From: Chthoniobacteraceae bacterium
GTDB taxonomy: Bacteria; Verrucomicrobiota; Verrucomicrobiia; Chthoniobacterales; Chthoniobacteraceae
Assembly: GCA_044338075.1 (NCBI GenBank)
Contig: JBIIMJ010000003.1
Span: 81,500-145,499, forward strand
Length of the DNA stretch: 64,000 bases
Direction of reading: 5' to 3'
In this document: piece after piece, positions 1-8,401 of the stretch
Layout: each line of letters starts with the position of its first letter
How positions within the stretch are numbered: the first letter of the stretch is position 1
The notes under the pieces: generated by a model
The model's input: only the letters and a program-made list of their open reading frames with translations
Databases searched by the model: none
What the model was told of the DNA's origin: nothing
Position numbers and translations under genes: made by a program

Positions 1-987
1 GACGCGTCCGTCTTCGAGCGGCTGGCGGAGGACTTCGAGCGTGGTGCGTTTGAACTCGGGCAGCTCGTCGAGAAAAAGCACACCGTGGTGCGCGATGCTG
101 ATTTCGCCGGGACTGGGGTTCATGCCGCCGCCGAGCAAGCCGACATCGGAAACAGTGTGATGTGGCGAACGAAAAGGACGCGTGGCGACGAATGATTGAT
201 CGAGCAGCAGTCCGCAGATGCTGTGGATTTTCGTGGTCTCGATGGCTTCCTCCATCGTCATCGGCGGCAGGATGGTGGGGACGCGCTTACTGATCATGCT
301 TTTGCCGGAGCCGGGCGGGCCGATGAGCAGCAAGCCGTGTCCGCCGCTCGCGGCGATCTCGATGGCGCGTTTGACGTGGTGCTGTCCTCGCACGTCGGAA
401 AAATCTACGTCGTAACTTTGGTGGCGTGCAAAAAACTCGGTGAGGTTTTCGCGCACGGGCGTGAGCGTTTTTTCTCCGGTGAAAAACATGAAGCACTCGC
501 GCAGATTGTTCACGCCATAGACTTCGATGCCCTCGACCATCGCCGCCTCGCGGGCGTTCGCTGCGGGGACGACGACTTTTTTTCTGCCCTGCCTCCGGGC
601 TTCGAGTGCGACGGGAAGCACGCCGCGCACGGGCCGCACCGCGCCATCGAGCGCTAGTTCGCCGACGAAGCAAAACTCCTCCGTGTTTTGCAGTTTCACG
701 CCCTGCACGCAGGCGAGCATCCCAAGTGCGATGGGGAGATCAAAACTGGGGCCTTCCTTTTTTACATCGGCGGGCGCGAGGTTCACGGTGACGTGGCCGG
801 TGGGCCAGCGGTAGCCGCTGTTTGCGATGGAGGTTTTCACGCGGTCACGCGCTTCTTTCACGGCGACATCGGGCAGGCCGACGATAACGATCACATCCTT
901 GTCGCCACCGCCCATGGCGCTGACTTCCACTTCGAGATCGAAGGCATCCACGCCGGACACCGCTGCGGAGAACACTTTTGCGAGCAT
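1..987 (-). CDS. comM: YifB/ComM-family Mg-chelatase-like AAA+ ATPase (first 329 codons; 3' end lies beyond base 1)
   Basis: Not in the ORF track because it has no in-window stop. Manual reverse-strand translation from the ATG at 987-985 gives [22 protein letters not shown]..., Walker [12 protein letters not shown], then [38 protein letters not shown]. The frame stays open to base 1. Confidence 0.85.
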   Translation of the reverse strand, partial: MLAKVFSAAVSGVDAFDLEVEVSAMGGGDKDVIVIVGLPDVAVKEARDRVKTSIANSGYRWPTGHVTVNLAPADVKKEGPSFDLPIALGMLACVQGVKLQNTEEFCFVGELALDGAVRPVRGVLPVALEARRQGRKKVVVPAANAREAAMVEGIEVYGVNNLRECFMFFTGEKTLTPVRENLTEFFARHQSYDVDFSDVRGQHHVKRAIEIAASGGHGLLLIGPPGSGKSMISKRVPTILPPMTMEEAIETTKIHSICGLLLDQSFVATRPFRSPHHTVSDVGLLGGGMNPSPGEISIAHHGVLFLDELPEFKRTTLEVLRQPLEDGRV

Positions 988-1097
988 GGCGATGGAGCGT
1001 GGCAGGGAGCGGCGAAGTGGGCAAGCAATGTGGTGCTGCGGAATGGCGTGATTATCGGGATTGGCAGGATTCACGGGAATCGGCGATAATCTCCGCC

Positions 1098-1634
1098 ATG
1101 CCCGGTTACTCCGATTTCATCGAGCGTCTGCTTCTCAATCCTGACTTGTTTCGCAAGCTCACGCCGACTGAGCCCGTGGGCTGGGAATGGCCGGGGAAAA
1201 TCCGCGACGCGGTGGATTCAGTTCTGTCGGGCGGCGCGACGATCTCGGATGCGCGTATTTTCGCGCTCGTGCGCGGCGGGCTGTTTTACGCAGTGGACGA
1301 TCTCGATTCCGCACACCGGATTTTTCAAGACGAGCCGGGTGATCTCGGCAGCTACTGGCATGGGATGCTGCACCGCCGCGAAGGTGATTTCGACAATGCG
1401 CGCTATTGGTTCCGTCGCTCGGGGATGCTGCCTTGTTTTCCCAAGATGCACGATGCTGCGCGTGAATACTCGCCGACGATGGCGAAGCAGACGACGTGGG
1501 ATGCGTATCTTTTCACGGGCACGTGCGAACAGGTGAAATTCGGTGCGGAGGAATTGCTGCCCGAGTGCGTGGCGCTCCAGCGCGCCGAGTTTGAAGTGCT
1601 ACTCAATTACTGCTGGCGGCAGAGTGTGGTCTGA
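1098..1634 (+). CDS. hypothetical protein (178 aa)
   Basis: ORF 978..1634, with the start moved to the first ATG ([11 protein letters not shown]...), 110 bp from the divergent comM start. Composition is ordinary. No family recognised. Confidence 0.5.
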   Translation: MPGYSDFIERLLLNPDLFRKLTPTEPVGWEWPGKIRDAVDSVLSGGATISDARIFALVRGGLFYAVDDLDSAHRIFQDEPGDLGSYWHGMLHRREGDFDNARYWFRRSGMLPCFPKMHDAAREYSPTMAKQTTWDAYLFTGTCEQVKFGAEELLPECVALQRAEFEVLLNYCWRQSVV

Positions 1635-1712
1635 CGCTGTCGCAACCCCATCAATGAATTTTAGCGCGCGCTTCCCATCCGGCATCCGCACCATTTACAA
1701 GGAAAGCGCACC

Positions 1713-3674
1713 ATGGGCCTGACCACCCAGACATACGACATCATCACCCGCCTCGCGGTCGGGAACGGCGCGATTGTGTATCGTGCAGTCGTGAAGGATA
1801 CGATGCGGCAGGTCGCGCTGAAGCTCCTCACGCAGGAGGGTAATGTGGATCACCGCTTCGATCTGGCCGCCCTTTTCACCGACGAGGCGTGGCTGCGTTC
1901 GATTGATGGCACGCATGTTTGTCGTCTGCTCACTGCCTTCTCCGACGACGACGGCCCAGTGCTCGCGTATGAATACGCGCCGGGAATGAACGGCGCGGAA
2001 CTCCCGCTCCAGAAACCACTCGACGCCACACAGGCTCTCGATGTCGCCGCGCAACTCATCAGCGCGCTCCGCAGCGGTGAACGCCAGCGTTGCCCGCATG
2101 GCGATCTCAAGCCGTCGAATATCATCTTCGTGGATTTGCCCGGCGGTCGTCCCTACGTGTTTGTGCTCGATTGGGGGCTCGCTGCGTATCGGCAGACAAC
2201 GCCGGATGACTCGTTGCACTTCCTTGCGCCGGAGATGCTCGTGGGCGATCCACCATCGCACCGGGCGGATCTTTTTTCCGCAGGAACTGTGCTCTTTTAT
2301 CTCTACACGGGAAAGCTGCTCGTTGCCGGAACGGATCGGCTGCAAATCTTGAATGAATGGCAGAATATCCGCCCCGCAGTGCTCGCTGAGTTGAGGCCCG
2401 ACCTTTCGGAAAAACTCGTCGAGTGGGTGTGTAGCCTTCTCGCGCTTGATCCTACGCAAAGGCCCGCTTCCGCTGTTGAGGCCGGCGCAGCCCTTGCTCA
2501 ACTCGGCCCGCCGCCGCCGATGGTGCCGCCGGAAGTCATCCGCCCACGCCCGGTGCCAAAACCAGCGCCAGTTCCGGTGCCGCCGCCCGCTTCGGCGGTT
2601 CACAAGCCTTCGTCTTTTGTTCCGCCGCCGATTGCATCCGGTATCCGTGCGCCCGTTGTGCGGGGTGATCATACCACGCCCGTGCCGCGCATTCCGCCGG
2701 TCATCCAAAAGCCGAGCGCACTGCCGACGATTTTGATCTACGCCATGCTGGTCATCGTTGTAGTCGGCGGGATGTGGTGGGCGCTCTCACGGAAAGCGGA
2801 CACTCCAGCACAAGAGCCCGTAGAGGAAAATATCCGCGCCACTCCGCGTCCTCCGTCTCAATCGGTGCCGCAATCTCCAGCGCCAGTTTCAGCGCCGGTG
2901 AAAGCTGCAGTTCCAGCGCCTGCACCCATCGTGCTGAAGAACATTGGCCCAATCATCGCCGAGGAATCTTTCACTTACCGGGATGGACAAAACATCAAAG
3001 GAAAGGGCGGAGGCAAAGGCTGGGGTGCCCCTTGGCAGGGCCTCGAAGGCAAAATCGAAAGCGGCTCGCTTTCCTACCTCAATCTGCCGGCAAGCGGCGG
3101 CACACTCTCCATCTTGGGACAAGGGCCGCCGATTGTGCTCACGCGGCCCATCGGCCCATTTGCGCGTTTCATTCCCGATCCGGGAAAAGGCGGACACTGG
3201 TATATGGGCCTGATCATTCACCACATGAGCAGTTCACCTGCGCCGGGCGGCGAGATATTGATCAACCCGATCAGCCTCGGAGACGTGAACAATCTCGTCC
3301 ACATTTCCGTGGGAGAAAAAAGCGGCGCATTGCAAGTCGGCCTCAACGACGACGCGCACAAAGTCGAATTACCACAGGACGGCAAGCCTCTCTACCTCAT
3401 CCTCCGCATTGATTTGAAAAACCCGCAGCTCGGCAAATACGACATCAAGGGAACGCTCTGGATCAACCCCGATCTCGGTTCAGCAAAGCCCGACAAAACC
3501 GGTCAGAGGCTCGAAGTGGAATTGAAAAGCCAGAGCATCCCTCAACAATTCGGCCTGCACGTGCGAAAGAAAATCGGTAAGAGCGAAACCCGAATTGACG
3601 ATGTGCGTTTCGCCCATCGCATGTCCGACATGGTTTTCAAAGCGGTCAACGAGGAAGAGGAAATCGGACCGTAG
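1713..3674 (+). CDS. membrane-spanning Ser/Thr protein kinase with an uncharacterised extracytoplasmic C-terminal domain
   Basis: Kinase motifs are VALKLL (catalytic Lys), HGDLKPSNIIF (catalytic loop, non-RD), DWGLA (DFG-like) and LAPE. These are followed by a Pro-rich linker, the TM helix ILIYAMLVIVVVGGMWWAL, a second Pro-rich stretch and about 270 further residues. Confidence 0.85.
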   Translation: MGLTTQTYDIITRLAVGNGAIVYRAVVKDTMRQVALKLLTQEGNVDHRFDLAALFTDEAWLRSIDGTHVCRLLTAFSDDDGPVLAYEYAPGMNGAELPLQKPLDATQALDVAAQLISALRSGERQRCPHGDLKPSNIIFVDLPGGRPYVFVLDWGLAAYRQTTPDDSLHFLAPEMLVGDPPSHRADLFSAGTVLFYLYTGKLLVAGTDRLQILNEWQNIRPAVLAELRPDLSEKLVEWVCSLLALDPTQRPASAVEAGAALAQLGPPPPMVPPEVIRPRPVPKPAPVPVPPPASAVHKPSSFVPPPIASGIRAPVVRGDHTTPVPRIPPVIQKPSALPTILIYAMLVIVVVGGMWWALSRKADTPAQEPVEENIRATPRPPSQSVPQSPAPVSAPVKAAVPAPAPIVLKNIGPIIAEESFTYRDGQNIKGKGGGKGWGAPWQGLEGKIESGSLSYLNLPASGGTLSILGQGPPIVLTRPIGPFARFIPDPGKGGHWYMGLIIHHMSSSPAPGGEILINPISLGDVNNLVHISVGEKSGALQVGLNDDAHKVELPQDGKPLYLILRIDLKNPQLGKYDIKGTLWINPDLGSAKPDKTGQRLEVELKSQSIPQQFGLHVRKKIGKSETRIDDVRFAHRMSDMVFKAVNEEEEIGP

Positions 3675-3822
3675 TAAGTCGAAAAAACGCGTGTGAGACA
3701 CAGCAGTGATGAAGAGATACCATTGTCCGCGAATCTGTTGCTGATGGCGTCAGTAACTCAGGCTTTCTTCAAATAAGACGTTCGGGGTTAAGAAGGAAAA
3801 ATATTGAGTGATGTTTCAGTCC

Positions 3823-3868
3823 AAAAAAAGTGCGGCTCCCCGCAGCCGAAAGGCTAACGGAGAGCCGC
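3823..3868 (-). terminator. rho-independent terminator downstream of the TauE-like gene
   Basis: GCGGCTC (3832-3838) pairs with GAGCCGC (3862-3868). On the minus strand the stem is followed by a run of 7 T (complement of A 3823-3829). It lies 86 nt after the stop at 3954. Confidence 0.5.
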
Positions 3869-3953
3869 TGTTCCCCCCAGAACACTTATAAAATTTCGCA
3901 TCCGTTCCCGAACGCTGGGTGGATAATAGATAACTTGGAGAAACCTGCAATAT

Positions 3954-4379
3954 CTATTTTAAGTTTTCTTGGTGGGGCGCTTGGCTTTGAGCCTTTTGCT
4001 CATTGGATAAGTCAATTTTTTCAAAAGACTGCACCCACATCGCCACTCCAAAGACGATAATCACGCTGGCGAAAATACGGGTCAGCGTCACGTCGCGGAA
4101 TTCTTTCAGCCAATCCGCCGCGAACCATCCCACGATAGCACCGGCGATGCCGGCAGATAGCGCGACGTCCCACCGGATGAGACCGTTACCGTGGTTTTTC
4201 ATGCTCGTGGCAATCGCGGTGAAAACGATTGCGGCTAGAGAGGTGGCAACGGCTGTCTTCTGTCCCAACTTTAAAAGGAAAACGAATGCGGGCACCATAA
4301 CCACGCCACCACCCACCCCGCAAAGGGCTGCGACGACGCCGCCGACGGCACCGATGAGAATGGCGATGAGAGTATTCAT
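3954..4379 (-). CDS. TauE/SafE-family membrane protein, half-size (141 aa, about 4 TM helices)
   Basis: MNTLIAILIGAVGGVVAALCGVGGGVVMVPAFVFLL...TAVATSLAAIVF...AGIAGAIVGWFAADWL matches the G-rich repeat unit of sulfite-exporter TauE/SafE proteins. Start taken at ATG 4379; the ORF extends to 4439. Confidence 0.7.
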   Translation of the reverse strand: MNTLIAILIGAVGGVVAALCGVGGGVVMVPAFVFLLKLGQKTAVATSLAAIVFTAIATSMKNHGNGLIRWDVALSAGIAGAIVGWFAADWLKEFRDVTLTRIFASVIIVFGVAMWVQSFEKIDLSNEQKAQSQAPHQENLK

Positions 4380-4413
4380 AATGCGTGGTGATCGCCGATG
4401 GGGGAGAATTTGC

Positions 4414-4457
4414 AAAAACAAAAACCGCCGCTTCCTCACGGAAACGGCGGTTTTTTT
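4414..4457 (-). terminator. rho-independent (bidirectional-looking) terminator after trxA
   Basis: AAAACCGCCG (4421-4430) pairs with CGGCGGTTTT (4445-4454), with T/A runs on both sides. It lies 30 nt downstream of the trxA stop. Confidence 0.6.
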
Positions 4458-4479
4458 AAATCGTTCCTAAGCCCGTCGC

Positions 4480-4809
4480 CTACGCGAGGCCGTCGAGTTT
4501 GTTGAGGATTTCCGCCTTCGGCTGGCGACCCACGAGTTGTCCGGCGGGCTGGCCTCCTTTGAAGAAAATGAGCGCGGGGATGCTGTTCACGCGAAATTGA
4601 CCGGCGAGTGCAGGGCTTTCATCCACATTCACTTTGCCCACCTTTGCCTTGCCGACGCGTTCGTTGGCGATTTCGTCAATGACGGGTGAGAGTTGGATGC
4701 AAGGGCCGCACCAAGGCGCCCAAAAGTCCACGAGGACGGGCACGGGTGAATTGAGCACTTCGCTAGCGAAGTTTGCATCGGTGAGATTAATTACGTTCGG
4801 ATTTGCCAT
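4480..4809 (-). CDS. trxA: thioredoxin
   Basis: 109 aa with the canonical WAPWCGPC active site and thioredoxin-fold length. Confidence 0.95.
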   Translation of the reverse strand: MANPNVINLTDANFASEVLNSPVPVLVDFWAPWCGPCIQLSPVIDEIANERVGKAKVGKVNVDESPALAGQFRVNSIPALIFFKGGQPAGQLVGRQPKAEILNKLDGLA

Positions 4810-4845
4810 GGCGTTAAAGTAGAGCGCCTAGGGGGAACGGACAGT

Positions 4846-5658
4846 TTATTCCACTTTTCTCGGGAATACCGCAGGCACAGGCGGCTGTTCATTTCTCATT
4901 TTTCCAACCCACGAAGGCTCTTCTGAGCCTTTCCAATTGGCGTAGGTGAACCAAAGCGCCGTGCCGGATGTGATAAATGCGAAAACGCTGAGCACGATGG
5001 CCCATGTGTCTGCTTTGCGCGGCGAACTGCTCGCTGCTGCTGCGACGCTGACCTGCGAAGTGGAAGCCAGCGGCTGCGAACGGGTGCCGGAGACAGGACC
5101 TTTGGAAAGCGGCTGCGTTTGCTGCATTTTCACCGTGGCCTTTGGCAATGCTGGTGCGCTGCTCTTTGGCGCTTCGCTAGGGAGATTGATTCGCGCGGTT
5201 TCTTTTTTCGGAGAAACGGGTCTCGCGATGCTGGATGGAGCAGCGGGCGGCGGAACTACACCGCTCGGAGCGCTTGGGCGAAGCGGAACAGTCGGCCTCC
5301 CGCTGAGTGGCGGCGGCTTTGGTGGAGGCGTTGCGCTGCTGAGTGGCTTAGTCGCCGTTCCTGCTGGTGGTGGCGGCACACTGCTGAGCGGCTTCGTGGG
5401 AGGCCCGCCGACTGGGGGCTTAGGTGGCAAGGACGCAGGAGGCGGGGTTACAGCACTTTGCGGCAGAGAAATTTTTGAAGTCTCCTTTTTAGGAATGGAA
5501 CTGAGCGGCTGGCTCTGCGTGCCGGGAACGTTGATCCGAACCGTTTCGCGCTTCACTCCGGGCGCGTCACCTTTTGGCGGCAGCGTGATGCGGATGGTTT
5601 CTTTTTTCGTAGAATCATCGTCCTGCGGCGGGTTCGTAGCGGGATTTTCGTCGGCCAT
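4846..5658 (-). CDS. Pro-rich tail-anchored membrane protein with a repeated KKET-x-RI-x-LP motif
   Basis: No signal peptide. Four copies of K-(K/R)-E-T-x-(R/K)-I-x-(L/V)-P. Long P/S/T-rich tracts. Single C-terminal TM WAIVLSVFAFITSGTALWFTYANW. Start chosen at MADENP (5658); the ORF extends to 5760. Confidence 0.55.
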   Translation of the reverse strand: MADENPATNPPQDDDSTKKETIRITLPPKGDAPGVKRETVRINVPGTQSQPLSSIPKKETSKISLPQSAVTPPPASLPPKPPVGGPPTKPLSSVPPPPAGTATKPLSSATPPPKPPPLSGRPTVPLRPSAPSGVVPPPAAPSSIARPVSPKKETARINLPSEAPKSSAPALPKATVKMQQTQPLSKGPVSGTRSQPLASTSQVSVAAAASSSPRKADTWAIVLSVFAFITSGTALWFTYANWKGSEEPSWVGKMRNEQPPVPAVFPRKVE

Positions 5659-5804
5659 AATCGTGGGTAGTTGTGAGTGAAGTTCGTCTATCTCAGCCTG
5701 CGCCCAGAGTGTCAACGGGCTTTTCGGTGAAAATACCGTTCTCTTTTGCAATTCACACAAACTCCACCTTGCCCGCGCCCCCTGTCGGCCAATAGCGTGA
5801 ACGT

Positions 5805-6752
5805 ATGAAAATCCTCGTGACCGGCGGTGCCGGATTCATCGGCTCGCACTTTGTGGAAAAATGCCTCGCGCTCGGCCATTCGGTCGCCGTCGTGGATGAA
5901 TTCAATGATTTCTACGACCCCGCCATCAAGCGCGCCAACGTCGCTGGCTTCGCAAAAGACGCACCTGTCCACGAAGCCGACATCCGCGACGCCGCCACCA
6001 TGCTCCGCATCGTGAAAGACGGCCGCTTCGACAGCATCGTGCATCTCGCAGCGCGGGCGGGTGTGCGACCTTCGATCAAAGACCCCCGTCTTTATGTCGA
6101 GACTAACATCCTCGGCACCCTGAACCTCCTCGAAGCTGCAAAGCAGGGCAACGTCCCGCGTTTCATCTGCGCGAGCAGCAGCAGTGTGTATGGCGTATTG
6201 AAAACGCTCCCCTTCCGCGAAGACCTCGCGCTCACACAAACCATCTCGCCCTACGCCGCCACCAAGCTCGCCGGCGAACAAATCTGCTCGAACTTCTCCC
6301 ACCTCTTCGGCCTCCGCACGATCAACCTCCGCTTTTTCACCGTCTATGGCCCGCGCCAGCGTCCCGACCTCGCCATCCATTCGTTCACAAAAGCCATCCA
6401 CGAAGGCCGCAGCATCCAGCAATTCGGCGACGGCTCCACGCGCCGCGACTACACATACATTGACGACATCATCCAGGGCATGACCGCCTGCCTCAGCTAC
6501 GAAGGCCAGCTCTGCGACGTCTTCAATCTCGGCGAAAGCCAGACCACCACGCTCAGCGACCTCATCGCCACCATCGAGCGTGCGCTCGGAAAAAAAACAG
6601 TCATCGAAAAGAAACCCGACCAGCCCGGCGACGTGCCCGTGACGTATGCGGATATTACGAAAGCCAAAGCTCTTCTCGCCTACGATCCGCACACAAAAAT
6701 CGCCGAGGGCATCCCGCGTTTCGTCGAGTGGTTCCTCGCTTCGCGAAAGTAG
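5805..6752 (+). CDS. NAD-dependent sugar-nucleotide epimerase/dehydratase (SDR; UDP-glucuronate 4-epimerase-like)
   Basis: Rossmann motif MKILVTGGAGFIGSH and catalytic YxxxK in SPYAATKLAGE. 315 aa. Confidence 0.9.
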   Translation: MKILVTGGAGFIGSHFVEKCLALGHSVAVVDEFNDFYDPAIKRANVAGFAKDAPVHEADIRDAATMLRIVKDGRFDSIVHLAARAGVRPSIKDPRLYVETNILGTLNLLEAAKQGNVPRFICASSSSVYGVLKTLPFREDLALTQTISPYAATKLAGEQICSNFSHLFGLRTINLRFFTVYGPRQRPDLAIHSFTKAIHEGRSIQQFGDGSTRRDYTYIDDIIQGMTACLSYEGQLCDVFNLGESQTTTLSDLIATIERALGKKTVIEKKPDQPGDVPVTYADITKAKALLAYDPHTKIAEGIPRFVEWFLASRK

Positions 6753-6755
6753 GGG

Positions 6756-7118
6756 CTACCTTTTCAGCGCTGCCATGCCGTGTAACTCGGCGATGGTCGC
6801 CTCGATCTTGCTCTTCGGATCGCGCCCCGCCTTCGCCTCGGCGATGGCCTGGTTCAAACGCTCCATCGCATCCTGCTTCCGATCCACAGCCTCGGCGCGG
6901 ATTGCACCTTTCGCCCTCGGCCCGGCAGCCACCGCCCCCGGCTTGGCGTGATACACCTTCAATTGCGCCTTCGCCTTTTGGAGCAACGGCAGCGGCTCCG
7001 TTGATTTGATGGCCTCGTGGAGAATATCCACGATTTTCTCCACGCGAGCCGGTTCAGCCTGCGAGCTGATGGTGAAAAACAACGATGCAACGATGGTGAT
7101 GAGTGTCTGGAGTTTCAT
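6756..7118 (-). CDS. small secreted helical protein, unknown function
   Basis: Signal peptide MKLQTLITIVASLFFTISSQA, then an A/K/E-rich helical sequence. No family recognised. Confidence 0.55.
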   Translation of the reverse strand: MKLQTLITIVASLFFTISSQAEPARVEKIVDILHEAIKSTEPLPLLQKAKAQLKVYHAKPGAVAAGPRAKGAIRAEAVDRKQDAMERLNQAIAEAKAGRDPKSKIEATIAELHGMAALKR

Positions 7119-7220
7119 AGTCAGATGAGTCTTTCACCCAACAACACCGCTGCCAGCAATTTTTAGGACAATTCTTGCTCCGCATTGCAGTCACCCCGCA
7201 TCTCCGCATAGATTCGCCGC

Positions 7221-8339
7221 GTGGAAATCAACAACGCCAGCGCACTGCTCCAATCGCTCATCCGAATCCCGAGCGTGAATCCCGAAGGCGAACCCGGCAC
7301 GCCACACACCGGCGAACAATCCATCGCCGAATGGCTCGTCTGCTGGCTCCGCGAAACATTTCCCAAGGCGCGCGTCGAACTGCGCGACGTGCTCCCCGGT
7401 CGCCCAAACGTCTTCGCATCCTTCGGCGAAAAGGATCGCGCCAACAAAAAGCCACGCATCCTCCTCGCACCGCACACTGACACCGTCAGCGTCGGCGGCA
7501 TGAGCATCGAGCCATTCAGCGGCGAACTGCGCGACGGAAAAATCTGGGGCCGCGGCGCGAGCGACACCAAAGGCTCCATGGCCGCGATGCTCTGGGCGCT
7601 CCGAGACTTGCGCGACGTGCTGCCCACGCTCGGCCACGAGGTCTGTTTCGCAGGACTATGCAGCGAGGAAGCCGGACAACACGGCGCCATCGCACTCGCC
7701 GGACAAGAGCGTTTCGATTTCGTCATCGCTGGTGAGCCCACGGGCCTCGACGCCGTCATCGCCCACAAAGGCGCGCTCTGGCTCACGCTCACCACACGCG
7801 GACGCGCCGTCCACGCCGCCCAGCCCGAGCGCGGCGAAAACGCCATCTATAAAATGGCCGACATCATGCGCCACATCCGCGACGAACTCGCCCCTGCGCT
7901 TGGCGAAAATTCGCACCCGCTGCTTGGCCGCACCACCATCAGCGCAGGCACCATCAGCGGCGGCATCAAAACCAACATCGTCCCCGACCTCTGCCGCGCC
8001 GAAGTGGACATCCGCTACCTCCCCGGCGAAAACCCGCTCCCTACCATCAGCGCAAACCTCCGCACCATCTGCTCCGATTTGGAAATCACCCACGTCCAGT
8101 CGCAGCCCATGCTCACCGACGAAGCACACACCCTCATCACCTTGCTAAAAAAATGCGGCTCCCGCTGCATCGGCGCACCGTGGTTCAGCGACGCCGCCAT
8201 CTTCGCCCAGCGCGGAATGCCCGCCATCGCCCTCGGCCCCGGCTCCATCGAGCAGGCCCACACGCGCGACGAATTCATCACCGTCGCCGACTTGGAAAAA
8301 GGCGTCGCCTTCTTCCGCGACTTCCTCGCGCGGTTGTAA
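7221..8339 (+). CDS. M20-family metallopeptidase (ArgE/DapE-type deacylase)
   Basis: Motifs LLAPHTDTV and WGRGASDTKG, 372 aa, GTG start. Confidence 0.85.
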   Translation: MEINNASALLQSLIRIPSVNPEGEPGTPHTGEQSIAEWLVCWLRETFPKARVELRDVLPGRPNVFASFGEKDRANKKPRILLAPHTDTVSVGGMSIEPFSGELRDGKIWGRGASDTKGSMAAMLWALRDLRDVLPTLGHEVCFAGLCSEEAGQHGAIALAGQERFDFVIAGEPTGLDAVIAHKGALWLTLTTRGRAVHAAQPERGENAIYKMADIMRHIRDELAPALGENSHPLLGRTTISAGTISGGIKTNIVPDLCRAEVDIRYLPGENPLPTISANLRTICSDLEITHVQSQPMLTDEAHTLITLLKKCGSRCIGAPWFSDAAIFAQRGMPAIALGPGSIEQAHTRDEFITVADLEKGVAFFRDFLARL

Positions 8340-8401
8340 AAAATCACACGAAATCGAAAGATTTTTGAAAGATCGGTCATTGGCGACTCGTTCTTTCCCC
8401 C

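Noticed and set aside
1695-2708. 337-aa ORF antisense to the Ser/Thr kinase gene
   Set aside because: It is an Arg-rich shadow ORF. The kinase motifs on the plus strand are unambiguous.
5712-6692. 326-aa ORF antisense to the epimerase gene
   Set aside because: Its composition is Asp/Gly/Ala/Arg-biased with no motifs. The sense strand encodes a textbook SDR (GxxGxxG, YxxxK).
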